DNA of 62,681 nt, the filler included, from Rhabdomonas costata (taxonomy: Eukaryota), in the NCBI GenBank assembly GCA_019059605.1. It is 15 parts of 15 records of this genome, joined end to end, with 100 filler letters (N's around TTAATTAATTAA, not from the genome) between each part and the next. Parts side by side here need not be neighbours in the genome. Positions count along the whole stretch, not along the records: positions 1 to 4,084 come from JAHMHO010000364.1; positions 4,185 to 8,306 come from JAHMHO010000365.1; positions 8,407 to 12,497 come from JAHMHO010000366.1; 12 more parts are not named here. One strand, given 5' to 3'. Below the pieces are notes generated by a model. That model was not told the DNA's origin and ran no database searches. It saw nothing but the letters and a program-made list of their open reading frames with translations. This document shows positions 1 to 12,597 of this stretch, in pieces (the first letter of the stretch is position 1; every line of letters begins with the position of its first letter). Made by a program: the position numbers and the translations under genes.

Positions 1-678
1 GGTTGTTTACAGGGATCGGCACCAATCCTCGAGTTAGATGACAAGAAAAGACACGTAGCTGTACGGCTTGTCAGCGAATGTTGCGTGTGGGTGGTAAATA
101 TGCTGTGGCCACTTCGTATCACTCGCAGCCATCAGGCTACTCCATCACAGAGGATGGTGCGAACAATAATGCCTGCATCTGATTTTTTGTCTTCTGCTGG
201 ATCGCCCGTTGGGAGCCTACGCTCCCGTATATCTTGGATTTGGGAGACAGAGGGGTGAAAGTAGAGAAGCAGAAAGCGAGGACCGAAAGATGGATGCTCT
301 TTGTTGAAATGAGCTGAGCTTTGCTGGGCATACTAGCCCACGCTGCGCTTTTCCACTGAAAGTGAGTGTGTGGTGTGTGTACGTGTGTGTTTCCTCCGCT
401 GCCGGATTTTTAGTTGGGATAGCGCCTGTCTTGCAGTTTCTGCTCTCTTTTTGGTGTAAAAATTGGTGCCTTTTTTTGTACAGTCTGTTCACATTGCTGA
501 TCTGATTGGTATCAAAGGGCTGCCTCCGTCCCAATCTCGCGTTTTGGGCCAAGTCCCCTTGATGGCATTCGGAGGTTGCAGTGGCATTTGCCCCACCCCC
601 CTCCCAGGTGAACGTTGACCAGTGAAGTACTCACTCAGATGAAAATCACAGAAGCGCACTGCTTTCTTTCTCACGTAG

Positions 679-933
679 CCCCTCCAGCGCCGACCGTCAC
701 CCCGGCCTCGGGGACCTACTCCAAGGCCCTGAAGGACGTGAGGATCACCTGTGCCTTCCCCGCGGCCCGCTTGCTGTACACTCTGGACGGCTCCGAACCC
801 CGTTCCGGGGGCGACACCACATTCACTGTCACTCATCCCTTCCCGCTGGCCCCCGGGACGTGCATCGTCAAGGCCTTGGCGGAGGGCCTTGACGGGCAAC
901 TCTCCCCCATCACCATGGCGACCTATGAAATCG
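679..933 (+). CDS. Internal exon encoding an Fn3-associated / chitobiase-beta-hexosaminidase C-terminal-like domain
   Basis: Flanked by acceptor ttctcacgtag and donor gttgtg, phase 1-1. Reads PPAPTVTPASGTY...VRITC...RLLYTLDGSEP...PFPL..GTCIVKALA...SPITMATYEI, matching the P..P.sGtY / YTLDGseP / vkA.a pattern of this domain. Confidence 0.75.
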
Positions 934-1234
934 GTTGTGATGCTATTTTGGCTGGCACTCAAAGCGCCCCCGCGCGTGCACGCATTCACGCACCTCTCTT
1001 CAGCTTCTCCGTTGACGCACACCCTGTTGACAAGGCTGCGGAAGTACCGTCTTTCCCTTCCTTGCCCGTCATTTCAAACCATCTGGTGTTCTTTTTTTTT
1101 TCACGGCCTTCTTCGTTTGCAGATAGCTTCGTAGTAATTGTAGTAATTGGTGAACAGGTTTGGAGTGAACAATCGAAGAGCTGGTTTGTTTTTACTGATG
1201 CTGAGGATGAAATTTTGAAATAATGGTCAAATTC

Positions 1235-1488
1235 GCTTTGTTTTGGTGTTGTCGTGATCAGTGGGAAACAATGCCCACTGATTCATGGGGCATTCCAGGA
1301 AAGGGGCACCTTTGGGTGCCGTCTTGGTGGAGTGAGGAAACCTAGTTGGGTGTTGGTGCCAGCTTTGTTTTGGTGTTGTCGTGATCAGTGGGAAACAATG
1401 CCCACTGATTCATGGGGCATTCCAGGAAAGGGGCACCTTTGGGTGCCGTCTTGGTGGAGTGAGGAAACCTAGTTGGGTGTTGGTGCCA
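1235..1488 (+). repeat. Perfect 127-bp tandem duplication (2 copies)
   Basis: gctttgttttggtgttgtcgtgatcagtggg...gttgggtgttggtgcca at 1235-1361 and 1362-1488. Confidence 0.95.
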
Positions 1489-1500
1489 CGCTGGGAGTAG

Positions 1501-1970
1501 AATGGGCCTTGGATCTTTTCATGGCCAACCCTAATCAGGACCGCAATAACGTCTGGAGGGTCGCGAACGAGCTCCTTCGCGCGCGCAAGAGGGACGAGCT
1601 GCAGGATCTTCAGCTGGTTCCCTGGCTGCGCATCCTCCTGAAGGGTCTGCTGAAGCTCCCCGTGTGGCAGGGCAAGACCTACCGAGGCGTCTCAGTTCCC
1701 CTGGTGAAGATCTCGTCTAGCTACGTCCCCCAGAAGGAAGTGACCTGGACCGCGCTGAGCTCCACTACGGTGGACCGAGCGGGCACGATGAGTTCGGACA
1801 CGGTCACGGTGGGGGAACCTTTGTGCAGCTTGAGGTGACCGACGCCAGGGACATCAGCATGTTCTCCTGCTGTATGGAGAGTGAGCGACTGTAGCTGCCC
1901 AACTCCTCCACATTCACCGTGGTGCAGGCCCTCTCCTACCAGCAGGCCTTGGAGTTCTTCGAGCTCTCAG
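1501..1970 (+). pseudogene. Mono-ADP-ribosyltransferase (ART, R-S-E clade) domain, disrupted
   Basis: VWRVANELLRAR...LLKGLLKLP..QGKTYRGV (R motif) and VTWTALSSTT (S motif). After a frameshift near 1790 it reads GGGTFVQLEVTDARDISMFSCCMESERL*LPNSSTFTVV (ExE motif). In-frame TAG at 1892-1894. 3' end approximate. Confidence 0.8.
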
Positions 1971-2922
1971 AAACGGCCTCAATTGAGTTTTTGCTTAGGA
2001 AAGAAGGATGTGAGCAAGGGCGTTTTCCGGTAACAGCAAGATGCGTTTCAACGACCTTTGCCGTGGGGCGCCGTTTGTGCGGTGCTGGCATTGCCCTCTT
2101 TTCCCGTTGTGGCCTCATGGACCGATGAAGCATTTGTCAGCTGTTTTTCTCGGAAAGTTGTTTTGCATTCCTTGTGATGGTTCCTTAAGTGATCCCAGAG
2201 CGTAATGACCAGACTCGATGAATAGCAAGTCGAAAAGTGAGGAAAGCGAAGACATGAAACCATAAACCCAAGCGACAAAAAATGATAGGAGCAACATCCT
2301 AAGGCACATACCCAGATACGCAGAAACCGATAAGGCCTCAGGCAAGACGTGTGCAGATCTCCAAGGCCAAGGTGAATTTGTAATCCAACCACCCTACTTC
2401 GGCATACCCAATGGGTGACAATGCTGAGGCCAAGAAACACGCCATCACATTAGGCCCAACACCAGTACCAGAGACAGTCTATGCGTACCCCATGGTAGAA
2501 ATGCCCGATACCTAACTCGAGCTATGGTACAAAATCCAGAGAATGGTGACGTGTCTTACGGAATGCCTTTAGTGGTATGTGTCGCGAACCGGCGGCCCGC
2601 AGAGACACAACTCCAGAGGACCCAAAGATACCTTCACCTCGCACACTTCCGGAAGATTTGGAAAAACGGAAGCGGGGGGAATGTACCTATGCGGCGGTCA
2701 CGCCACCCGATCGCCGTCGTGTGACTGATTAGGACCTTGGCGGGTGACCTTGGCGGCGTGGCACCTCCGAGGATTAGGGGGCGGGGTGACCCCGAAGAAA
2801 AATTAACAATCAAAATATATAATTTGGTTTCAGCACGAAATCAACCGACACATGCGCACGCACACACACACACACACCTATTTAGAGCGCACAAAAGGTT
2901 AAAAGAAAACCCAATTTTCTTG

Positions 2923-2998
2923 GGGCTTTGCCCGTGGTTCCCCTTCTCTCAATTCTCTCAAGTTCATTGGGCTTTGCCCGTGGTTCCCCTTCTCTCAA
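2923..2998 (+). repeat. Short direct repeat (30 bp, 2 copies)
   Basis: gggctttgcccgtggttccccttctctcaa at 2923 and 2969. Confidence 0.85.
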
Positions 2999-4084
2999 GT
3001 TCATTTGCGCCCGGAAGGGCCTTGAGAAAGACGAAGTCAAAGGCAACAAAAGCAGTGACCACCAAAAGGGTGCACAGCGTACCAAAGAGCACGAATGCAA
3101 TCAACCAATCAGCCAAGGATCAAAAAGGAGCAGCTTTTTGACATTGAAATTGCCGCTCCGGTTCCACCATACCCCTTTGGGCCGGAGTCCTTTGCCCTTT
3201 GGCATTCCTTACACTGGGCACCTTGTGCCTCGTGGCAGCCCTTTTTGCTCTCAGGCGGCCGCCGAGAATGAAGAGCGGCTCCATCACAATGGCGCCGCCT
3301 TGGAGAATTTAATCCCAATCTCTTGCGGCGGATTGGCCAGAGCAGCGGTCGAAACATTCGTTCTTTTTTTCCGGGCAGTAGCTTTACGATGGCCGGATTT
3401 AAAAATCCAAAACCGGTTGTGTTGCTTATCCAGGGCAACCAAAGCGCGAGGCAATGCGCCGATACATTAGGGTCTTCCCACCATTCCTTTGCGCCCACTG
3501 AAGGGTGGTATCTTTGGTGAAGGACATGAAAAAGCACACAAGAAAACCACTTCCAACCTCGTTGCGTCCCTTTCATGGTATCACTTAGCGACTTCGCCCC
3601 CACTTTCCCCGCCGAAAGGGTAAAGGCATTTGCGGGTGGGTGGTACCAATCCCCTTCAAAGGTGGGGGCCCATTGGTACGGGAACATTAATCTTGTTCCT
3701 GGCCAAAAGCGGCTTTCTTGATGACACTTGACACTTGTCTTTGTTTTTGGTTTTGTGTGCCCTGTTGGTGGATGCGTTTTGGTTTTCTTTAATATGTCTT
3801 TCCTGACCGGGCCAACAATGCGCGAGATAAGACCGAAGCCACAAGAAAAGTGGATCTTGTTTTATTCTTTTGAGCGTTCTGATGGTGTCAGTGTGTGTTT
3901 GTGTGTGTGGTTGTGGTGGGGGGTCGAAAAACAAGCCACAGAAGCACAAAAGGCCCGAGGGAGAGAGGCTTCTAGGAAAGGCGCGTGGGTAAACAAAGAA
4001 AACAGGCCGGAGGCGAGGGGAACGGCATAACAGAGGGGCCGCAGGTCTAGCGAAGGCGCGATCGGCGAGAAAAGTCCAAACCCC

Positions 4085-4184
4085 NNNNNNNNNNNNNNNN
4101 NNNNNNNNNNNNNNNNNNNNNNNNNNNNTTAATTAATTAANNNNNNNNNNNNNNNNNNNNNNNNNNNNNNNNNNNNNNNNNNNN
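4085..4184. other. Artificial contig-concatenation linker (first of 14)
   Basis: N-run + TTAATTAATTAA + N-run. The same linker core starts at 4129, 8351, 12542, 16750, 20941, 25121, 29299, 33491, 37665, 41848, 46023, 50197, 54380 and 58552, spaced ~4.2 kb apart. The N-runs at 14973-15456 and 31467-31870 lack it and are scaffold gaps. Confidence 0.98.
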
Positions 4185-5592
4185 TTCGATCGCCACTACT
4201 GACTGCACCAGCGGCGGAAAGATCGCGGCGGAGACCAAGCAGCATGAAGCATGAATGGAGAACAGAGACGCAGACCCCCAAGGAATGAGTGTGGAGTGGC
4301 AGAGACTTGAGCATCAATGGAACAATGCATGTACCAGCTGTAAAAGAGCATCTGCTCTACATGGCTGAATGGAGGTTACAGATGTGGAACGTTCGGCGGT
4401 GAGCCGGTTCCAGTTCCCCACGGCACCGATCGCTCCAACGGCACATCCCGCGAGCACCCGTGGCCAACAGCGCGTGCTCCAGTCAGTACAGAGTGGTTAC
4501 CAACAACCAAGTAACCAGTAAACCATGCAACAACTACCGAGCAATGCGCTCTACACACACTAACATCGAAACGAGTAGGCGGTTTGGGTCCTGGAAATTG
4601 CAAGGCATGTCGTGTAGTAATCAGCGCAGGTAGAAGAAATGTGCGGTTTTGTCCATGTTTTTTGTATGCGGTGTTGGTAGGTTAAAGTTAGAGTGTTGTG
4701 TGTTTGGTGGTTTTTTGGATTTTGTTGGTTTGCTTTGTGTTTAGCGGGTTTTGTTGTGCCACTGGTCTCCATAGCTATGTGAACCGTTTTCGGCGGGAAC
4801 GTTCGACCATCCCACTGACAGCAGAGAAAATATTTTATCAGCACAGACCAGAAAAGACATTGCACGAACAACCTTGGTCCGATTCCTTTCGTTTAGGTTT
4901 GGGTCTCTTTGAAAAACAACGGCGGTCTGTTTAACTAGGTTTCGGAAATTTGGAGTGCAAAGCGCGGTCCATCCGCGCGCAGAAAGAAAAAGCCCGTCCC
5001 GAATTTCCAATTGGACAGCCCTCCACCAAGACCATCACGCCAGTGCAACTTAAGGGCGCGTTTCGAGACCACCCTCACGGAAAAAGCTTGTGTCTATTCT
5101 GCTTTCCTGATCTCGTTCGGTCCCCTTGTTTTTCTTGCTGTTTGTCCTGGTCTTGCAGAAAAAAAAGAAGCACATCAGACCTACTGACGTTGAAAAATGG
5201 CACCTTTTTGACCGCACTGTTTGCACCGTTGCCAGAGTCCGCCACAATTCCATCATCAAAGACCATTTTCCATCATAAACCCCGAAGCCAAGAACATCCT
5301 CCACGAGCAAGGCTGCCAGTTGGCCAACATCCTTGAGGTCAATGCACCACAGAATCGATAATTCCATGAAAGCTTACTTACATTGTTGCGTGATATCTCC
5401 TCCTTCACCCAACATAGGTGAAATGCACAACAGTTGGTGGATTTCTTGCTGCGTGTGACCCATCAAAGACCATAATTTTCACAAGTTGGACTGAAAGCGG
5501 AAGCGGTTGACATTGTTGGTTTTATTGCAGAACATTGAACAGATTTGGAGCGCCAATGACCTTAACAAATCTGCGGCTATCATATTTCCAGA

Positions 5593-6330
5593 TTGGCGCT
5601 TGGTGTCGGAGGATACGGCCACTTTGAGAGCAGGAATGTTGACACCTGGGGCCAGTTTGTCAAGATTCTGCGGGAGAGTTTCCTCCCGGCCAATTTTGAC
5701 ATCAAGCTTCTGGAAGAGGTGTACACTCTACAGATGCCAGGCAATGATCTGAACACATATTACGCCCAGGCCTCCAGTCAGTATCTGAATAGTGTAGACG
5801 ACCAAACACTGATCACCGCCTTTGCTCGAGGCATAATGACGACTTTGCGCACTCTGTTGCCACAGCTGAAACGCTTGAGGCAGCTTTTGAATTTTCGTGC
5901 TCATTTTTGACCAACCCCCATTCGAAGGACTACCTGGACAGAGCTGAGCTGCAGATTCTCTGAAAAGTAAACAACCAGCTGGAGATCTTCTCCCAAGAAG
6001 CGTAGCGCTACATCAATCAGCAGAGCTATCAGCTTCGCAATGCTTGTCAATCTGCCATGGTGACAGAGCAGATCGAAACAGATAAGAAAGTTTAAAATGG
6101 GTTTTTCGAATCCGAGACTCATTATCACAAAAGTGGTCGACTGTAAACATCCAGGTCTCGATCCACAGTGTCATTACCCCTCCTTTTGGTACTTCCAGCG
6201 TGAAAAAACAAAAGCGCTGGTCGAACCATAGCTGGAACAATTCAGGATTTTTTCCGATGAGGACGCCCCAATTTTCGAGGTCAAAGTCGAGGGGGCCAAG
6301 TGACCTCTGAGGAAAGGCCTCTGAAAAATT
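5593..6330 (+). mobile_element. Degenerate Ty3/gypsy-like LTR retrotransposon gag, possibly with a protease remnant
   Basis: DTWGQFVKILRESFLPANFDIKLLEEVYTLQMPGNDLNTYY...DDQTLITAFARGI fits the retrotransposon gag pattern (TW..F...L...F.P / L.Q....Y / F..G). A weak PIFEVKVEG protease-like stretch lies near 6270. Frames are broken. Confidence 0.6.
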
Positions 6331-8574
6331 CCCAATGATGGAGAGCGTCGTTAAGTGGACAACGTCAGATGGCATCGACCTGCTGGAACTAGTTATGGAC
6401 GTTCCTCCTCACATATGCCGCTCTTTTTGGAGGTCGTCTTTCACAAAAAAAAAGTAGTATGCTGGAATTGTAGTCATAGCAGCCACTGTGCGAGTGCCTG
6501 CCCAGATATTCGTTGATCACAACCCAGCGGAAGCGATGAGACCAGCCGAGCACCTCCACCAGCTCCCTCTCGTTCTCCAGCTCGCCCGACTTCTCCATCA
6601 CTACCGAGGCCACCCACAACCTTGACGTGGACGCAATGAGGTTTGGCTGCGCTTCCACTTCCAAAACCACGCACCCACCTCCGCACCCCCCCGCCACACC
6701 TCACCTCCCAACTCGTTCACTACCGCCATCGATTTACTCTTCTCCACTCCATCCCGCACATTTAACTGTAAACACCCATGTTTACATACGACCACCAACC
6801 ATCAGTTTTCTTGTTCCGTTTCACGTTCAACTATTGCCTTTACAACTATGTTGTGCGCAATTAATCCCCCGAAAGTCAAATTGTCCCAGTGTACCTCCAA
6901 ATTGAGCCCCTGGATCTCGTTTTATGGCGACAGCGAGTGAGTAAACTCAAGTTGACATCACCAATGTTGAGGCGGAAATTGTTCCAGACGTTTGTTTACC
7001 CAACGGCCAGAAGTTGTAGACAAACGGTCACAGGAAGACGCTATGAGTAAGGCCACAACCAGCCGGACAACTGGGCCAGCAAATTCTAAGGTGTGTGTGG
7101 AAGCACTGAAATTTGGAGGACACATAAGGACCCAATGCTGCAACCTTTGGCAACACCGTGCGTCCTCCAGACTGTGCCGTCCGACCCCGCTGTTTTTCAG
7201 AGCGAGCTGGCCGCACATGGGATAAATCTAACATGATGGATGCACCACCAGAAACACAGTCAGATGCATTCAAGCTCGCACCGCGGACGTTTGCAAGACG
7301 AGAGGAGACGACCCTCACGTCCCTCAGGCATCCAGAGCACGGAGAAGCAAACCATGTTGCCACGAGTAATGGAAGCAATCCGGAAGACCCACCAGAATCC
7401 ATTTTGTTTTTTGTTGTAAAAGAACACTACGACCCACACTGACAACCTCTTGCAATCAAAGCGAGCATTCTGTGGTGAGTACAGGCCAAACGCTGAGTTG
7501 ACATTTTCAATGCTGGGACAGCCCTCTTCACCACATCGAGCACCCAAGCAGACTGACATGCGTGTCCTCCAGTTCACCCGTATGTCATAGGAACTGTGTC
7601 AGGACATAGCGAAGAGCTCCTCTCGTCAAAATGACGTTTCCACCCAAACAAATATTAAAAAGAGTCCGAGAAGCGAGTGTTATCCTACATCCCTGATCAC
7701 TTGTCTGTCACAATTTACTCACCCACACCGTCAGACACCATCTTTTACCCATGCTGCACACAAAGGCCGGAGGAAGCAGTGCAACCCCAATAGAAGACGA
7801 CATACCTGTGCTTCAAGGCGTCATTCATCATTTCTTGTGGCGAGAACGAGGGCATTTTGGTTACATAATTTTCGCGTTCTTCTAGTTGTAGTTGACTGAA
7901 ACGTTTGCACGGTTTCCTTCCGCAATCCGGAAAATACCCATCACTTCCAAGGATTTTTCTACGGGTAACAGGCATTCGTCCCCAAGCCTTGTCGAAGCAA
8001 AAGCGGCAAATCACACTCCAGAAGTGACCCATCGGGAAGCCGCCACCACACCCTATGGACAACCAAAAGAGCGCTGGCATCGAAGGGCTACAGTGCTTTT
8101 CCCGATTGTGGAGCACGTGATTGCACCGCTTTGGTCAGAATCTGCAGCATACTGGAACCCCCACATGTGCACACCTCACTCTGTTCTTTGAGTTCCGACC
8201 CTGATAACCCGCACAACGGCAGTGTTGGACCCACGCGTCTCACACAACTCAGTTGAACTCTTGTTCTTCATCTGTGTGTCATGGAATGATCTCTCCCCCA
8301 CCCACANNNNNNNNNNNNNNNNNNNNNNNNNNNNNNNNNNNNNNNNNNNNTTAATTAATTAANNNNNNNNNNNNNNNNNNNNNNNNNNNNNNNNNNNNNN
8401 NNNNNNGTTGGTGGGTTCTTGTTTTGGGGTTGGAGGTCTTGGGGTTGAAGGCTACGTGGTGAAGTAAGGGTATGGATGTTACGCCTACTACCAGCGTTGA
8501 AAGAGTGAGCCTAATCCTGAGATCTCCAACCCCTTTATGCATTCCTAGGGGGAGTAAGAGAGTAAGGGTAAAGG

Positions 8575-9335
8575 CATTCCTACTCCGCTACGCTTCGTGA
8601 CCTCTACCTCCTTCTACGGGCATGCCTCCTGCGTCGACATGCCCTCCGATACCCTACAGATGGAATACCCGATGCATTCTAAATCCTCGACTTGGGGACA
8701 CGTAGGGTAAAGAAAGATGCCTTGGGTGTATTCTTCCTTCTACGCATGGCTCCTCCGCTGCGCTCAGGCCCATGCTTCGATACCCTGATGCATTTTAGGG
8801 GCTAAGGGGTAATTTGCGTTTATGCTGGTCGTCACTCCCTACGGTCGTTCCTCCCTAAGAATGATGGTTCACTCGTTCCCCGGTACCCGGTCCACTCGTT
8901 CACCTCTACTCCTACTCGCTACGCTCGTGTCTTTCTTGCCTCCATAATGGTCCATTCCTACGTCATGGCCCATCATGTAGGGGTATACGGGCTACGCCCG
9001 GACGGACTGACACGAACCGCCTTATGGCGGGGAGTGGAGAGGAGTGAAAGGTGGGGGGTTAAAGAGGAAAGGCACGAACTGATGTGAGTGCCGACAGTGG
9101 AGTACATTGCTGGTCGTGATGACTCAGTGCCTTCGTCATCACTCCCTAAATGTGATGGTTCGCTGCGCTCCCCGCTACGCGGTACGCTAGCTCACAGATA
9201 CAGAAGAATAGATAGAAGAAGTCTTGTCGGGATTCGCTACGCTGTATTCCCGCTACAGGGATGCGCCGGACCCTATGCGACAGAGTGGCGGAGGGCGCTA
9301 TCACAAATTTATACTAGGTGGCCCCCGGGGATTTA
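8575..9335 (-). other. Non-coding hairpin-dense island with repeated GCGNAGC mini-hairpins
   Basis: Top-strand GCTACGC at 8587, 8918, 8991, 9174, 9236 and GCTGCGC at 8757, 9162. Several perfect stems, e.g. CGGGC-TAC-GCCCG at 8988-9000 and GTGATGAC...GTCATCAC at 9116-9142. Confidence 0.75.
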
Positions 9336-11384
9336 AGATTTTTTTGGAATAACTTGTGCGGTGGTTGGGGTGTGGTGTTGGGTGGCCGCGGGTAGTACTC
9401 GATCATGGCTTCGTGTTATCCTTCCATTTGAGGATTTAACAAAACACCCGACCGTTTAGGATATGGCCTTTGGCCTTTTGCCGCAGGTGAATGGGCCCAA
9501 GCGCAGAAAATAGCGGGAATGGGGTCGGGTGCTGGGGCCCGCCCGCCTAACGCAGCCGTTTGGCCCCATCCCCGCGATGTGGACTTTGAGTTGCGCAAAG
9601 GGGGCAAAATAAAATCCGCAGTGTTGTTGGTACAGGCGCTCGTGCCCGGACTTTTTTGCCCCTCGGGCGGCAAAGGGTGCCGTAACATTGAAAAGGACAG
9701 AAGCTTCCATCATAGACAGAACTTTCAGAAAGTTTTGGTACCAGCGGATCCAGGGAAAACGTAGAAAGCATCAAAACCTGGGGGAAGAAGGCCCAGAGGA
9801 GCTCGACGAGGAAGGCACACAGGAGAAGCGAGGGGAATGGCTATCTGCGAGTCTCCGCCGTTAGCCCCTTATTTTCTGGTGACACGCAATAGTGTTGAAG
9901 GTTCGCTATCTTTTTCTCCTTTCCTTTTTAGTCATCATAGCCCTGCGCAATAACTCAAGAACAAATGCCACACCTCATTGAAACTGCGAAGGCCAGGGCA
10001 AAGGAGAAATAATCCCGGCACATCATTGCTGAACTGGCAAACAGGTTCAATGATCACTATGCTATGTTGGAATGAGGGGCACAACTGCCCCATCGCATCA
10101 ACACGACAAAAACAAAAACAACCAATTTTGTCTCACTCGCAGGTCAATGTCAACGTCGCCCTATATTTTTGAGATGCGCGAAGGCCTGCGAACACACAAA
10201 ACTGCTTTCTAAATCATTCGATTGTAATATTACTTGCTTTATCGACGAGAGTTCTTCCTGAGGCCCAAGCGAATGAACACAAGGAAAACGCGGTTCAAGC
10301 ACAGTATACAACGAACAATGGGGCATCTTACAAACGCCTACTTCGTAAAAAGCACGGCAACGGCACTGCATGTCCACAGGGCAGCTCTCCAACTCAAACG
10401 CCCAATGGGGCTTTGAGTTGGCCGTCACACTTCACACAGGGAACTGTGTGCGCCTCAGTGGCCAGACAACTTCTGCCCGATTCACTTCCCCTGCAAGGGA
10501 AGTCCTGGAAATTGAGGTTTTTCTCCGACGGGTGAGCAAAAAGGAGTGGCTTCTAGCTGAGGCTCACGACACTCTTCGCGCCCGCAGAGTCTTGCGACGA
10601 CAGACAAGTCAGCAGCTCCCGGTAAAAGGTGTGAAACTCCAGCGTCGGCCCAACAGTCCTGAGAAATGGAATTACGACTATTTCGATGGTTCACCCAGCA
10701 TAGCAAACCAGTGCTCATGACCACATATTCCGCGGAACTACTTCGTTACTTCGTGGTAGGCGCGTGGTAAATGTCCTTTACTCCCCCAAACAGCAGCCCT
10801 TTGATTTAGATTAATGTTTAAATTCCCATGATCCCATTCCACCGCATCCGCCACAAGCAAACCGCCAAAAGTTTGGACACCAGCTTTTCCCAGTGCTTAA
10901 GAAGGCGGGAAGGAAACTTTTGAGAATATATACCTGCGGACCTCCACAATGCACAGGCCCTCTTTCCCCGGGGGCGTGACGGTCACCGACAGCTTAACTT
11001 GATCACCCTGGAAGCGAATCAGAGCGGGCGATCATAGGCAAGGGGGGTCGAAAGCCACACATCATTCACCGTTTCGCTTGGTCACCTTCTGACACGCAGT
11101 CCTCGAAAACCTCTCAACCATCTCCCGCCACCATCACAATTGCACCATCCCCATCGACCGCAGGTTTGCGAGGTTTAGATTTAGGTGCGGTAACTAACTG
11201 CAGGAAGGAGCGACCCGCCGGACCAAACGGAACCAAACCTGCGTCCGCAGAGGGAGAGACTAAACGAAGGCCGATTTCGTTGGTTCGTGCCCTTCAAAGG
11301 CGGCAAGGTCACTCCCCTCTCCGTTTTGACATAAAAGCGATGCCGACCCACCACATCCCTCTCTCTTTTGCGGATGGCAGGTGT

Positions 11385-12226
11385 ACCCCGGCCACGAAGA
11401 GGCAGCCCTTGATGGTATTGAGGTCGGGCTTGGGCTGGGGGTGGCAGTTCAGGTCCGCCAGGGCAGAGCTCAGGTGTTGGAACACCTCCGACAGGGTGCC
11501 CGCCATGCCGAACCTCATGTTTGCCTTCTTCTGAGTGAACGAGGGGCTGACAAAGTTGGGGTTCTCCACCAGCTCCCGGGGGGTCTGAGCCCAGAGACAA
11601 ATGAGAGACGGAGTAAATCGGTGAATCAACGAATAAACGGAGGCCTCGAAAGACCCGACGAAGCAGAAGGGCAAAGAAAGCACAAAAAGGCAACCAAATC
11701 AGGCGAGCCCGCAAAAAAATGCTCAAAATGCTCACTATAACCATAATCCTGTAAATAATTTAAAAATACATGGTGGTAAATATTACGCCCCTTGATGCCA
11801 ATTGACGAATATCAATGATGCAAGCATACGGGAAATTTTGTATCGTTCTAAAACGCAAGAGAGACCCAACCCCCCAGTCCCCAGTCCTAAATATGCAGGC
11901 GGTTGTGCTTTTAGCAACACCTCCCGCGTCGCATAAAGCACACCTACACAGCACATGGCTGTGTAGTTTTCAACACCCAACGACTCTCACATAGTGTCTG
12001 TCTGCGTGTGTATGCAGGTGCAGAGTTTTCGCAGCCACAGAAAAGCACGAGCCTGCAGGTCATCCTCCGCCATGCGAATGGCTAGCTCGACCTCCACCGC
12101 GGTGGTGTTTACCGGGGGCACGGCGACAACCCCCTCCAGCTGAGTCGGCTGCATCTGCATCCTACGCAATGCCGGGGAGGCAGGGAGGGAGGTGGATACG
12201 ATTAACTTAACCTCCCTGGTCATCAC
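11385..12226 (-). CDS. Probable exons of an unidentified protein
   Basis: Two GC3-rich segments: ~12226-12055 (MMTREVKLIV...AIRMAEDDLQ) and ~11584-11385 (TPRELVENPNFVSP...KGCLFVAG), the latter after acceptor ctcag. No family recognised; boundaries uncertain. Confidence 0.35.
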
Positions 12227-12597
12227 ACCAGTGCACCAGGGATATAACGCTCCTTTTCGCCTGAAAAACTCCTCTCACTCGCCCCCCTCCCGGCCCCGCG
12301 ATGTCCTTTCCTTTTCCTTTCTTTTCCTTTCGCCACAGGGTCATCACTGGTTACTGGTTGTTGGATTGCGTCTAATGTGCTGAAGAATGTCCCAGCCAGA
12401 GCCTTTCACCACTGGCGCAGATCGTGAAGTGCTGGGCAGTCGCTCGGGGAATCGATGGCAAAAGGCATCCTCCCCCTCCCCCCAAACACACAACACANNN
12501 NNNNNNNNNNNNNNNNNNNNNNNNNNNNNNNNNNNNNNNNNTTAATTAATTAANNNNNNNNNNNNNNNNNNNNNNNNNNNNNNNNNNNNNNNNNNNN

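Noticed and set aside
1258-1345. Possible hammerhead or other small ribozyme in the 127-bp repeat
   Set aside because: Hairpins and a GAAAC are present, but there is no CUGANGA core in the right arrangement.
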